DNA of 64,000 nucleotides from a virus: IMG/VR virus record IMGVR_UViG_3300028025_002044, positions 1 to 64,000 of that record; one strand, 5' to 3'. Shown piece by piece: positions 59,201 to 64,000 of this stretch (position 1 is its first letter; each line of letters starts with the position of its first letter). The notes under the pieces were generated by a model. It saw only the letters and a program-made list of their open reading frames with translations, ran no database searches and was not told where the DNA came from. The position numbers and the translations under genes were made by a program.

Positions 59201-61371
59201 GTTGCATCATCTGATACAGGTCCATCCGGAATAGTGACGTTAATATCGCTGGTATCGTTCGGGTCCTCGATGCCGTGAATTCTGTTATAGATACGCTGAA
59301 GAATTTCCTTACGGAATTCTTCCGGCGTGAATGTGTCCCTGTGATTTCTAGGGATGTCTATAGTTATCTGCCAGTGACTGAATTTGCCGTCAGGCTTTTT
59401 TTCTTGGCTACGCTTAGCAGTTCCCTTAGCATCCTTGCTATACGCAACTGTCGTAAACAAATCTTTGTGGACAAATGTTCCATCATTAGTTTTGACTGAG
59501 AAGTCGTCAAAAAGTCTGATGTTACCATTTTGATCGATTTCGTACTTAAGCTTGTTAGTTAGGTATCCAGAAGCGCCGATTTCTCCGCTTTCCGGCAATG
59601 GCTGAGCTGGCCGCTCTTCTGTGGTCGCTGGCTGGTCGCCCGCGGCTGGCTGTTCTACGCCAGGTATCGGCTCGCCGTTCTCGTCTTTAGTTGGCTTGTA
59701 CGAGCGGTATTTCTGAGACAGCTCCTTAGATGGAAGAACTACAGTTCCATCTTTATTGGTGTAGTACTTACCGATAAGCTCATCGACAGACCAGCCGTTG
59801 TCCATTCTCCAGTTGAGCTCGGCGTCATTAAGTTCTTTGATAACCTTGCCAACGGTTCCCTTGGTTAGGGTAGGTATCAAATCATTTATTTCTTTAGCTC
59901 TTGCCTCAGATACAATCCCTGGGTAGCGACCCTCGTTAATTCTGCGATTGATGCTGTCAATCTGCCTTTGCGTCGGAGCGTTCTCGTCGGCAGATGGCTG
60001 ATCTGCGGTAGGTGTTGGTTTGGCTTCTTCGGTCTTGGCGGGTGCCGCTGACTTCATGTCAGCTTTTCTATTAACCTTCTTGCCTTTTTCGTCAATTCGG
60101 TGGAGTACAGGGGTCTGCCTAGGGATTCCTTTCAGAGTAAGTACCTGTCCAGTTTTAGCCAGCTCTATGGTGGCGTCGTAGGTAATCTTTAGTACATCTG
60201 CATTTTTATTCTCAGTAAATCCTACAAAGTACGCTTCTTGCTGAGAAGGTCCCTCGCCAACTAAAATTACATCCCCACGCTTTAAGTCTGGTATGAAAGT
60301 TTTTATGGTAGTTCTGGCAGGTTTTTTAGCGTCTACTGTGGCTTTCTTTTCTTTTTCCTGCTTAGGAAGATCAAACTTGTCCGTTGAGTCATAGCCATCA
60401 GAGACAAGAATGTCGCCATTTTCGTCAGCAAAATCTATTTTGAATGAGCCAGGGGCATTTTTACTGGCTTTCTTAGATGCAACGACCAGGGTCTTTCCGT
60501 CAATTACAACCGAGTCGCCCTTCTTTAGGTCCTTAGCGGTGACTTTTCCGCCGTCTTTGAATGCCATGAGCTGTAGGCGAGCTTTGACCGAAGCCTTTTC
60601 TTTATTGCCTTCTGCGCTATCTGCGTCCTCGGCTGGCACCCAGACTGTCAATAGGTCTTCAGGGTCGCTTTCAGTTCCTGGAGTACGCTCTCCGTCCTGC
60701 CAGCGAATTATTGGACGCACTTTGCCATTGACAAAGTCAACCTGAGTAACAATACCTAGGCGGTTACCATTCTCGTCTCGGACGATTACACCGGCTTTTA
60801 GATCGCCGTATTTAATAGAACCAGACTCTGCAGTCTTGATGACCTCTTCAAGGTCAGGCATGTCTTCGACCTTGGAAGTAGCTGCTGCAATATCTTCATC
60901 GGTCGCTGGCTGAATGTTTAGGTCGTCAATGTTAGGAATATCGGTGTCTTTGCGAGCACCAACAATGTTTCCTCGAGTGTCTTCGCCAAGCTTGATGCCA
61001 CGGCTACGCAGATAGTCTTCGCTAAGCGAGGTAAGAATCTCACGGAAGTTCTTGTTAGATACTTCAACAATTCCAGTGCCTAGAATCGGGTCGTCTTTTA
61101 CGTAGAACCGGCCATAGCCAGGGCGAGAGGCAGGGCCGATGTAAATACCAGTACCGTTTTGAGTTGCCCCTCCTTTATCCCTAAACTTAAACTTGTGGCC
61201 ACGGCCCATCTCAGCAAATCGACCAAAGCGGTCACGTAGCTGTTCCGCAGCGTTAGCGCGACGCTCCGCCGAGGTGTAGTTCTTCCACCAACCCCAGAGG
61301 CGACCAGCTAGACCTGCAGTAATAGGCTGCAGGCTGTCGTCGTCAGGGGCTGTAAAGAATAGGTCAGACAC
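47224..61371 (-). CDS. giant polyvalent protein (4715 aa): DEDDh exonuclease, two zincin metallopeptidases, ADP-ribosyltransferase, ParB-like domain, Pif1-like helicase, GNAT
   Basis: FDTETTG/QNVPFD/HSADAD (~54780-55390); HEYGH twice (~53764, ~52771); YHG/FSSTS/EREVLL (~51490-52040); VLDGNHR (~51140); GKAGTGKS/DEISMV/GDVYQL/TIHKLQG/YTALSR (~48190-49530); YQRRHLAT (~47500). Confidence 0.9.
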   Translation of the reverse strand: MSDLFFTAPDDDSLQPITAGLAGRLWGWWKNYTSAERRANAAEQLRDRFGRFAEMGRGHKFKFRDKGGATQNGTGIYIGPASRPGYGRFYVKDDPILGTGIVEVSNKNFREILTSLSEDYLRSRGIKLGEDTRGNIVGARKDTDIPNIDDLNIQPATDEDIAAATSKVEDMPDLEEVIKTAESGSIKYGDLKAGVIVRDENGNRLGIVTQVDFVNGKVRPIIRWQDGERTPGTESDPEDLLTVWVPAEDADSAEGNKEKASVKARLQLMAFKDGGKVTAKDLKKGDSVVIDGKTLVVASKKASKNAPGSFKIDFADENGDILVSDGYDSTDKFDLPKQEKEKKATVDAKKPARTTIKTFIPDLKRGDVILVGEGPSQQEAYFVGFTENKNADVLKITYDATIELAKTGQVLTLKGIPRQTPVLHRIDEKGKKVNRKADMKSAAPAKTEEAKPTPTADQPSADENAPTQRQIDSINRRINEGRYPGIVSEARAKEINDLIPTLTKGTVGKVIKELNDAELNWRMDNGWSVDELIGKYYTNKDGTVVLPSKELSQKYRSYKPTKDENGEPIPGVEQPAAGDQPATTEERPAQPLPESGEIGASGYLTNKLKYEIDQNGNIRLFDDFSVKTNDGTFVHKDLFTTVAYSKDAKGTAKRSQEKKPDGKFSHWQITIDIPRNHRDTFTPEEFRKEILQRIYNRIHGIEDPNDTSDINVTIPDGPVSDDATQDISGMPGDSGSLGNGVGYSIDKRGNVVIHGDIDQGTPNGDAVDRIVFGNHEGYTLVAQVDDVTGALVINLDSENKSIPISQHAKTLLNALKESLSASEPEPEPEPEPEPEQETEVSTSEPRRLANGELADPTRGERTGEAGNGQLGPDSMQVEFSRFQDRTLGIFVKRGDDLPQPEFDPNNLQQATDWVKYQDLVIRQAIRKAISLALSLSKEDTPSFVLGKAGHQLEMNADLTPSEWKSLLDNISDAIADAVDNMPAEIQKWVNRDNEKKAAEEAAKKKKDDADAAEKASWEELHGSVLSPSQRSGFLGQLKDAVANGIITKERETEIKNQMRDGKFGTKDLELVQAELSGEKPAEESEAEAEEDKPESSTELILEDGKSVPNALDLVIKSLPKDVQEKFNRLFSRITTDKYYSISEDKIESDLRIYFDFIDTVVSKAMNLLVERYERQSSEGNADAEDILNSSADALIAYINDRYYWSQVYNRIVLDTVGEDRLLDYVDNYKERLIETVNSQRQDQLKSRREKLAAWKEKHGEPLNESQKDKLVDSVIDAYVEDYITEERKEELIAQIKGKDFGTKDIDKFLADLEKEKAASEDTSGEPEAEEDQPTEEPAAEPEPEADQPAATPTPKPFIPATTNVGAIRDLIDAASDADKPKWDKNVVLPAVVGKSAGGAVRVDDSMFRPATGKTIADIRIEIFDAFGNDAGFVTAIGKWEATDDEVDLFVSQAKDILAEAIAEANKVFNDLQSKSDTVLEASDDLLTIVVNRVRQALSDRGIIEAEGIDNLPKTQEELDSIRSPEPEAKPAVDEAKQREIEELKTAGPHELKHFEEIVPGTFVEVKEDGKPSVWKKVKSVSKIKYREEGKDYISYVDVVYEDDTDQRIVESFSMPMVSQVNPLTGEFEEQDEDEERELTPDRELETVQGSEIVVGDLVWDRIRGFARVMSKPKPDDKDPNVLLIEITRPGDTTPRRLRVRRTSKLSIAKRDGSTAPSTPAPGGEPSRPTPTPEPRPTPAPRPEPRKPGKQETRVRTTRVYFMNPSKRNSPKLFTMAAWNTQAEKDRILGELRKMEDRRRADYDARVESGEDVEPYRPLFLFQDGFDFSSEVATKKELQSVARRLSIPGLLSPEEIKKIAGDLPSMNKAKVFDLISKLDNLELDWRIANGYPVSDLLAKRAPRGYDMSKLDGYVPTKSLSDLPPVHVQEVNPKPAAMSFLSDKNIGTPLGMVLNPTTMDVGRDRQPTPGAFTGSLLDAVQGKNWAEVLDFIKNLDTPIYYFDTETTGISDYDGDNQPNNAVQVGIVKVEKGEVTGRFNIYLNPEAPLGEWSAANLKRDVVSPTGEVIGDDLVTDEWLSKQMSTEEAVRQMIEFMGNNPLIGGQNVPFDLEVLQRMLDKAGVTDFSVAGTVDSKDLIDAIIPKYDPENGVDGPKKETEKGSGNFVSTTSLGYVAKFLGFDTTRWHSADADAEDAFRLVMRSLEMASQKPNEKLEALDKDALAKRYSERMNKFLSGISPNGPATDKQNGTDKYGFRKYLEKSGFDTDEQERILAPIKGMTRAQAAEYISEFIKANDKRGGNTPSTKLSLQRFIDDAGSTISDSVLSGMRGVDVSEVTGSKKKRLIKSVLNNKKASIDVNYARNKFLASALGGPDKLSEIYQNPTEENLAKLEEAEALFEAKMQDRSSLENMVALKVGKNSYITYNKADGVEITPTHLEKLAKMITKAREIAPVGNRKLTVSLITNEEMALLYQDMPEFMGTSAFFTFTGGNLNIALRKESFYENRFDPRFTEGPGGRRRLHNSGNIPESVLTFLHEYGHAYHRAIFGSTLRNNEVFELAKDFKERFENTYISSYGEGDHSEKFAELFFDFLYSRMANQAPANQEFTDYMDALISDMNVKPVNVFDLVVEHIVEKKNRSKPMLMRMPSASVGGVPVDGLVEITGENLRELERSMEGYSKGNWLAGTDSESGLVPSLVDANGNFNETYFRKNYLENMYSPAELSRMSQEDIDALRLGFIAKVKQASSDQSTYRVFQIDGTNQFIRVKDAIATPEMLSDIVANARVLGALNNLGNVPTYYTVFPNGSFTYETLIDNEDVGGIAATAGEHGVFFGLSTAGYGNKNAQVGGTNAVMGGPDAKDRFSRTQIHEYGHGIGSLYMGDESMPLYREFEEKFGDKPMSNYGATSVRENFAEYFYAMYMWVTEKGVIPPYLRDFVDFYNEKIAGKNPIGVRPREVISMASSESSKPNFPEPAEEPELIVEFNRRRSFYENGLTPVGTNLGEDDSAFIRSIYSSTLNAEKDYLSTRNNPNSSEGTKELAKTKFMAHVGALKSAYDGLVFGKADKYNLAKHFQDPKFQFMNFSDEWKDDEQGYPVIWDGYYDMPRTYADPVDKDIFTAEEKSALKNYGYSGWRWISNLLEGKEMSRTVADMTESMLRGLTAAFAKPEAKLDRNMYLYHGSTGNPGDAQHDALIDAQPGDEITLPSFSSTSMSPVVAYDDFGPGSASLLSNEEGFFLIIRAPKGSNAIVMPQGLTYKDGEREVLLNAGAKLRVLEVSRSPRLDSEGYEIPNAFSTYIEADLVSTESIPDREFETPAGITRAANFEQDLDYLTASYADSFNNGLDISTDPDGGLGSSNSVVGYVKPSALAGMPGNTDLDKDKIEKMVRSMGLGALPATPIIISYNPANKTAFVLDGNHRIAAAIEANVPFLPTMVVTNYVASSNSKKLDKGWAIAPFGFDTEEANAERWPDSFHPYFIFNNEDMLTPATGQGKPMFMQFEPRVWSSKVEPKSVPERFRPEESSSEETSQYDLEQLHPGAYVMNKKTGKIGVVYGEMVNPGEGTSSGLIVKYLDGSEDSYDTGFFVDDEFDEKGVRRVQSGLPSVAGYSDIRYYTLKITNPADIENVTESFITPGTDGILVGDTMFGVIKGTDKRGKIVGFPAKGALTIAIADENGDFSFENIPLSDFLPIQKQRYSVVPGELAFHSDDMMPTKDDLDLIFIKATNLYNWGYLPEPVYKAVLESVRGKFLTKSGTKDLAEYLIKFDSLRAKKIDGKKADKMAAPRKRSDAPIQEAPVTQQRPVPENVGNMTVDQFLDYLRDQPKTTPMFMKYENGEENTSPSIETQVTVNPPTTADLRTVQDILQESGVVSDQRARELWSVLPLIDANLVEAVKKDLLGALLDKRIANGEPVSGIDIPEGFDKSKLENYVPKNNLDGSPIQIPAVKNKEQRATVEGDLSAEQQWLYNHLESTKSPVFITGKAGTGKSFLLKFFRDFTEKIIAVVSFTGTAAENVGGTTIHSLFGLKPGIVYGETPASQLIIGNAKKKAKIRAALAALDTLVVDEISMVSADLLDAMDRILRNVKGKPFVPFGGVQFVGFGDVYQLSPFVGKRDVQLKDYMEKNYRSMFFFDARAWVDQPLEVYELSEVFRQSDPEFKKVLNNIRVGRFTQEDLDFINQAGMRPVAQSVNDLIYAVTTNALADEINQEEMDKLGNVKSQTYTGEFGGAGQPAFDMLPAPEKLFLKVGAQVMFTRNDTPSSSKDSVDQESGQGQKTARRWVNGTIGKVVALEEDHVKVRVGDNVYDVYPSMWDKVGYDASQQVDSISNQVTNKLTPFTEATYEQIPLMLAWAATIHKLQGKTISNLKVDLGDGAFATGQLYTALSRVKGLDGLYLERPVRMTDVKVDRNAKRFADAATESDSPDSAAPMLMKFGGEPFDPADPNLDLDKERAYDFTSGPYGIPLQDYQEAELKSYADMIAEAEKQFGSNSNRVKNLKSIRRQHYDSWFSVPAMREDNIMEKATENLDIDFDGATTTERETPTVVESTTKITASYKDRYGRPYKLSAKVSLKESDYDPQALDTYIWIDAYDPANPSAGAVATFGTKIGDPMADGLANEMYIDGIYTNEPYQRRHLATGLLAFANKLTNRKIYHSDKLTKMGYSFMQSVELDDSRKAIDYPSLAESQDNDEDAISIDMAKLSETKSSAEITDLLQKLNANQIPYRIKY
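58867..58906 (-). repeat. hexanucleotide tandem repeat encoding an (EP)n linker
   Basis: (GGCTCT)n on the plus strand, translated as EPEPEPEPEPE. Confidence 0.8.
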
Positions 61372-61649
61372 TACTTAATCTCCTGTGAGCCGTAGAGTTC
61401 CTGGTACTTTTCTGGGTTGTTTTTTGTCCACTCCAAAAAATAGTCTAAATCTTCCCTAGTCTGGTTGAATAGGTTTTTTGCTGGGTCCATGCCGGTGCGC
61501 AACTTAAGCTCTTCTCTGGCATCTTCGTTTTTAATAACTTCCCACAGAAACTTTAGGTCAGAGTCAGTAGCAGTTTTTAGGTCAATTTCGACATTCTGAG
61601 CCGAAACACCGCTGGTAAGGCGAACACTAATTACCTTGCTTTCAGCCAT
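61371..61649 (-). CDS. small hypothetical protein (paralog of 61649..61921)
   Basis: Stop overlaps the GTG start of the giant gene; shares AREELK.R.G.DP.K with its neighbour. Confidence 0.75.
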   Translation of the reverse strand: MAESKVISVRLTSGVSAQNVEIDLKTATDSDLKFLWEVIKNEDAREELKLRTGMDPAKNLFNQTREDLDYFLEWTKNNPEKYQELYGSQEIK

Positions 61650-61921
61650 TATTCGTTCGACCCTTCGTCACTAGATTCAACTATAATTTTATCCCGATTT
61701 GCCGAAGTCTGATTTTTCTTCCATCTGGTGTAGAATTTTACATCAGCAGGGGTGTAGTCTTCTACGGCCTTGTACGGGTCAAACCCAATACGATTCTTTA
61801 GTTCTTCCCTAGCCTGAGCTATGTTCATTTTTGCGTATATACGCAGCTCTGCCTCAGAAATCTCAGAAAAGACAACATCGACTACTTTAGACCCGTCCGG
61901 GCCGTCAATAATTATTTGCAT
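61649..61921 (-). CDS. small hypothetical protein (paralog of 61371..61649)
   Basis: AAGGA RBS; TAATG coupling. Confidence 0.75.
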   Translation of the reverse strand: MQIIIDGPDGSKVVDVVFSEISEAELRIYAKMNIAQAREELKNRIGFDPYKAVEDYTPADVKFYTRWKKNQTSANRDKIIVESSDEGSNE

Positions 61922-61949
61922 AGGTATCCTTTGTGTAAGCAGATACAGC

Positions 61950-62081
61950 TTACTGGGCGATTTCTGACTTGTCTAGTTCTAAATCATAATCCTCTGCGTC
62001 GTCTGCATTAGGAGAGGCAATTCCCAACCAATACTCTGGGTCGGTTTCTGGGTCGAAGTTATCAGGGTTGTAGCGGTCCAT
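61950..62081 (-). CDS. small highly acidic protein (43 aa, MDRYNPDNFDPETDPEYWLGIASPNADDAEDYDLELDKSEIAQ)
   Basis: Hand-translated; AGGAGA RBS; first ORF after a promoter. Confidence 0.65.
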   Translation of the reverse strand: MDRYNPDNFDPETDPEYWLGIASPNADDAEDYDLELDKSEIAQ

Positions 62082-62110
62082 AGCGTCTCCTGTCAAAAGT
62101 AATCCTTTAT

Positions 62111-62119
62111 AGTATAGCA
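62111..62119 (-). promoter_or_regulatory. extended -10 promoter (TGcTATACT) for the giant-protein operon
   Basis: TGnTATACT just downstream of the terminator and about 30 nt before the ATG at 62081. Confidence 0.55.
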
Positions 62120-62137
62120 AGGAATGTTAAATTTGAT

Positions 62138-62172
62138 AAAAGTAAAGCCCCCTTTCGGGGGCCTCACTTTTT
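62138..62172 (-). terminator. intrinsic terminator after the ArdC-domain gene
   Basis: GCCCCC-gaaa-GGGGGC followed by TTTACTTTT on the minus strand; T-tract on the plus strand also. Confidence 0.8.
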
Positions 62173-62176
62173 TGTT

Positions 62177-64000
62177 TTATGCAGGAGTTATGGTCGCATC
62201 TCCATCTAGATTTTTCTTTAGCTCGGATAGAATTCTCATTCTGTCTCCAAGGCCGGTCTCACCGCTTAGGGTTACGAACCAGTACTTGTTCCTTCCGTGG
62301 AAGATGAAACTAAATGGACGCTTCTTACCTTCCGGTACAATTCCCGTACCCTTGATAATTTCTTTGTTGGCTGCGGTGTTACCCATAAGGATTACGCTCT
62401 CACCTTCGATGCGATAGTTAACGCCCTTGCCAAGTCCGCCAGAAGTTCCGTCTTCGCCAGTAATCTCGCCCTGAGGCATTTCAATAGCTTCTACGGTCTT
62501 AGCTTCGGTTTCTTCGTTCAGGTCAACCATGCCATCGACAGATGCCCAGTATCCACCAAGAATGTGCTCTACAGCCTTGCTAGCTAGCGATGCAGCCTCG
62601 TGAAGAGCGTTAGGGTCGCCCTTTAGCCACTCAGCCCATGACTGAACATAAGCAGCAACGTTCTCAATTGAGGTGTTGACGTTCATCATCTGAGCAAGAA
62701 TTGCAGAGCCAATCTCAGCGATAAGCTCCTCACGAGCACGGACATCCTTGTGGGTGCCGTAGTTGGCTAGTAAGTCCTTGCGGTCTAGACGGTTCTGGTG
62801 TCCGGTGCTGTGGGTGAGCTCGTGGAACAACGTGTCTAGGTGCTCTTCAGTGCTGCCGAACTGGTTTCTTAGAGGCAGTCTAATGACGTCCTCTGTAGGG
62901 CTCCAGTAAGCACTGTCCTGAGGGATGTACTCGATTGCAGGCTTGTCGGTGTAGCTATCAAGAACAATGCCTTCAACCTCAGAGATTGCAGGCGGGTCCT
63001 TGCGAACAAGCTGAGGAAGCTCTATGCCTTGGATTTCGTCTTCGTTGTAAACGATGTCTAGGCCCATCTTGGCAAACTTCTTAGTGACCGTTCTGGTCTC
63101 TGTCTTAGTCTTGTCAGGGTTGTCTGGGTCCGGAACCTGTACTTGCTCTTCCTTGTCGTACTTCTTGGTCGACACGAAAGTAATAATTACGCCAGGGTCC
63201 TTACCATCTTCACGCTTGTTGACGTAACCGCCAAGCTTGCTGATGGCGTTCTTGGTGTACCACCTGGTCCCCTGGTACTCGCGGTTCATACCGACTGCCA
63301 TAAGAGCTAGCAGGTTCAATCCTCGGTAGACGCGTCCGGTAGCACCCGAAGTAGGCAAGAAGCCTCCTTCTCCGGTCCAAGGCTTCTTCCAAGGAATAAT
63401 TCCCTTCTCCATGGCCTCGAGAATGCTGGCAACAACCGTGCTAACAACTTCCTGGTTGCTCTTGTTGACGCTCTTGATTTCTTCAGTCAAGTCAACCTTG
63501 ATAGGGTTTTCGTCCGAGCCTAGCTCGCCTGGCTTAGGAGTTACTGCCTGGTTGTCATCAATGTTGTCGGCCGCATCGAATGCCATAAGCATAAGGTTTT
63601 CGGTCTGAGTGCCATCTGACTCGCCTAAGCGTAGAGACAGTTCTTCAATCTTGGCTCGTAGCCCTAGAATCATGCTTCTATTCTTACCTGCTGAACCACC
63701 AAGAGAACCGGTCGGAGAGCGTAGCGCCCATCTCTCAGCGTAGGTTAGAAGTTTAGGGTCTAGGTTTCCGCTGAGCAACTGCTGAAGTGCTTCTTTAGCT
63801 GTAGCGAGATTACTCTGGTCTATCTTTTTAAAGTAATCCGGGTCAGCTTGGATATCAGCAATTTGCTGCTCTAGTGAAGAAATCTGTCTCTCCAACTCCT
63901 CATCGGGGAGGTAGGCAACTTCTCTATCAGCCGGCTTCCGAGAGAGTTCTCTCTTAGCTTCGTCAATAGACTTCTCAATGTTGGCAATCATTTGCTCGTT
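62177..64000 (-). CDS. ArdC-like protein (ssDNA-binding N domain plus zincin MPTase); 5'-truncated, probably the C-terminus of a larger protein
   Basis: PWKKPW, TGRVYRGLN, TLFHELTHSTGH..RLDR, REELIAEIGS; the frame stays open to the window edge. Confidence 0.88.
   Translation of the reverse strand, partial: NEQMIANIEKSIDEAKRELSRKPADREVAYLPDEELERQISSLEQQIADIQADPDYFKKIDQSNLATAKEALQQLLSGNLDPKLLTYAERWALRSPTGSLGGSAGKNRSMILGLRAKIEELSLRLGESDGTQTENLMLMAFDAADNIDDNQAVTPKPGELGSDENPIKVDLTEEIKSVNKSNQEVVSTVVASILEAMEKGIIPWKKPWTGEGGFLPTSGATGRVYRGLNLLALMAVGMNREYQGTRWYTKNAISKLGGYVNKREDGKDPGVIITFVSTKKYDKEEQVQVPDPDNPDKTKTETRTVTKKFAKMGLDIVYNEDEIQGIELPQLVRKDPPAISEVEGIVLDSYTDKPAIEYIPQDSAYWSPTEDVIRLPLRNQFGSTEEHLDTLFHELTHSTGHQNRLDRKDLLANYGTHKDVRAREELIAEIGSAILAQMMNVNTSIENVAAYVQSWAEWLKGDPNALHEAASLASKAVEHILGGYWASVDGMVDLNEETEAKTVEAIEMPQGEITGEDGTSGGLGKGVNYRIEGESVILMGNTAANKEIIKGTGIVPEGKKRPFSFIFHGRNKYWFVTLSGETGLGDRMRILSELKKNLDGDATITPA

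Noticed and set aside
47224-61371. Inteins or an assembly chimera as the cause of the giant ORF
   Set aside because: No C...HN-[CST] splice motifs or LAGLIDADG blocks seen; internal repeats and linker motifs are consistent along its whole length.
1294-63608. Many plus-strand ORFs of 60-240 aa opposite long minus-strand genes (e.g. 1540..1977, 31387..32106, 46425..47099, 49970..50560)
   Set aside because: Antisense shadows of real genes: Ser-rich, no RBS, no recognisable motifs.
1-64000. tRNA genes, integrase, terminase, portal, endolysin, stop-codon recoding
   Set aside because: None recognised. Intergenic gaps are short and genes are intact in the standard code with TAG used as a stop. Packaging and lysis genes probably lie outside the window.

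Overview
The window is 64 kb of a large tailed phage (siphovirus) of Actinobacteria. Evidence: a phage WhiB, and a head module with separate hexamer-type and pentamer-type capsid genes, as in Rosebush/cluster-B-like actinobacteriophages. The moderate GC and CTA-rich codons would fit a low-GC freshwater actinobacterial host, but this is inference. Almost all genes are on the minus strand. Reading right to left: (1) a 5'-truncated ArdC/zincin protein, three small genes and a 4715-aa 'polyvalent' protein (DEDDh exonuclease, two HEXXH metallopeptidases, VIP2-like ADP-ribosyltransferase, ParB-like domain, Pif1-like helicase, GNAT); (2) a multidomain prohead protease, capsid, connector, tail tube, chaperones, tape measure and minor tail proteins; (3) PolA, RuvC-like resolvase, SNF2 helicase, Cas4-like nuclease, Sak4-like ATPase, SSB, WhiB and primase-helicase; (4) one plus-strand cassette with a metallophosphoesterase, glycosyltransferases and a cytidylyltransferase. 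The most striking observation is a Met-rich linker motif, P-M-[LF]-M-x-[FYM] plus looser variants, at most enzyme-domain boundaries of the giant protein and also just before the ArdC domain. It suggests a virion-packaged polyprotein cut into individual effectors. A second motif, [ILV][TV]A[AS][GA], punctuates the protease and capsid proteins. Also seen: a candidate non-canonical -1 frameshift with a stimulatory hairpin, a beta-module spread through five structural genes, and a PASTA-FN3 tail protein. All product calls come from motif recognition by eye; no searches were run.
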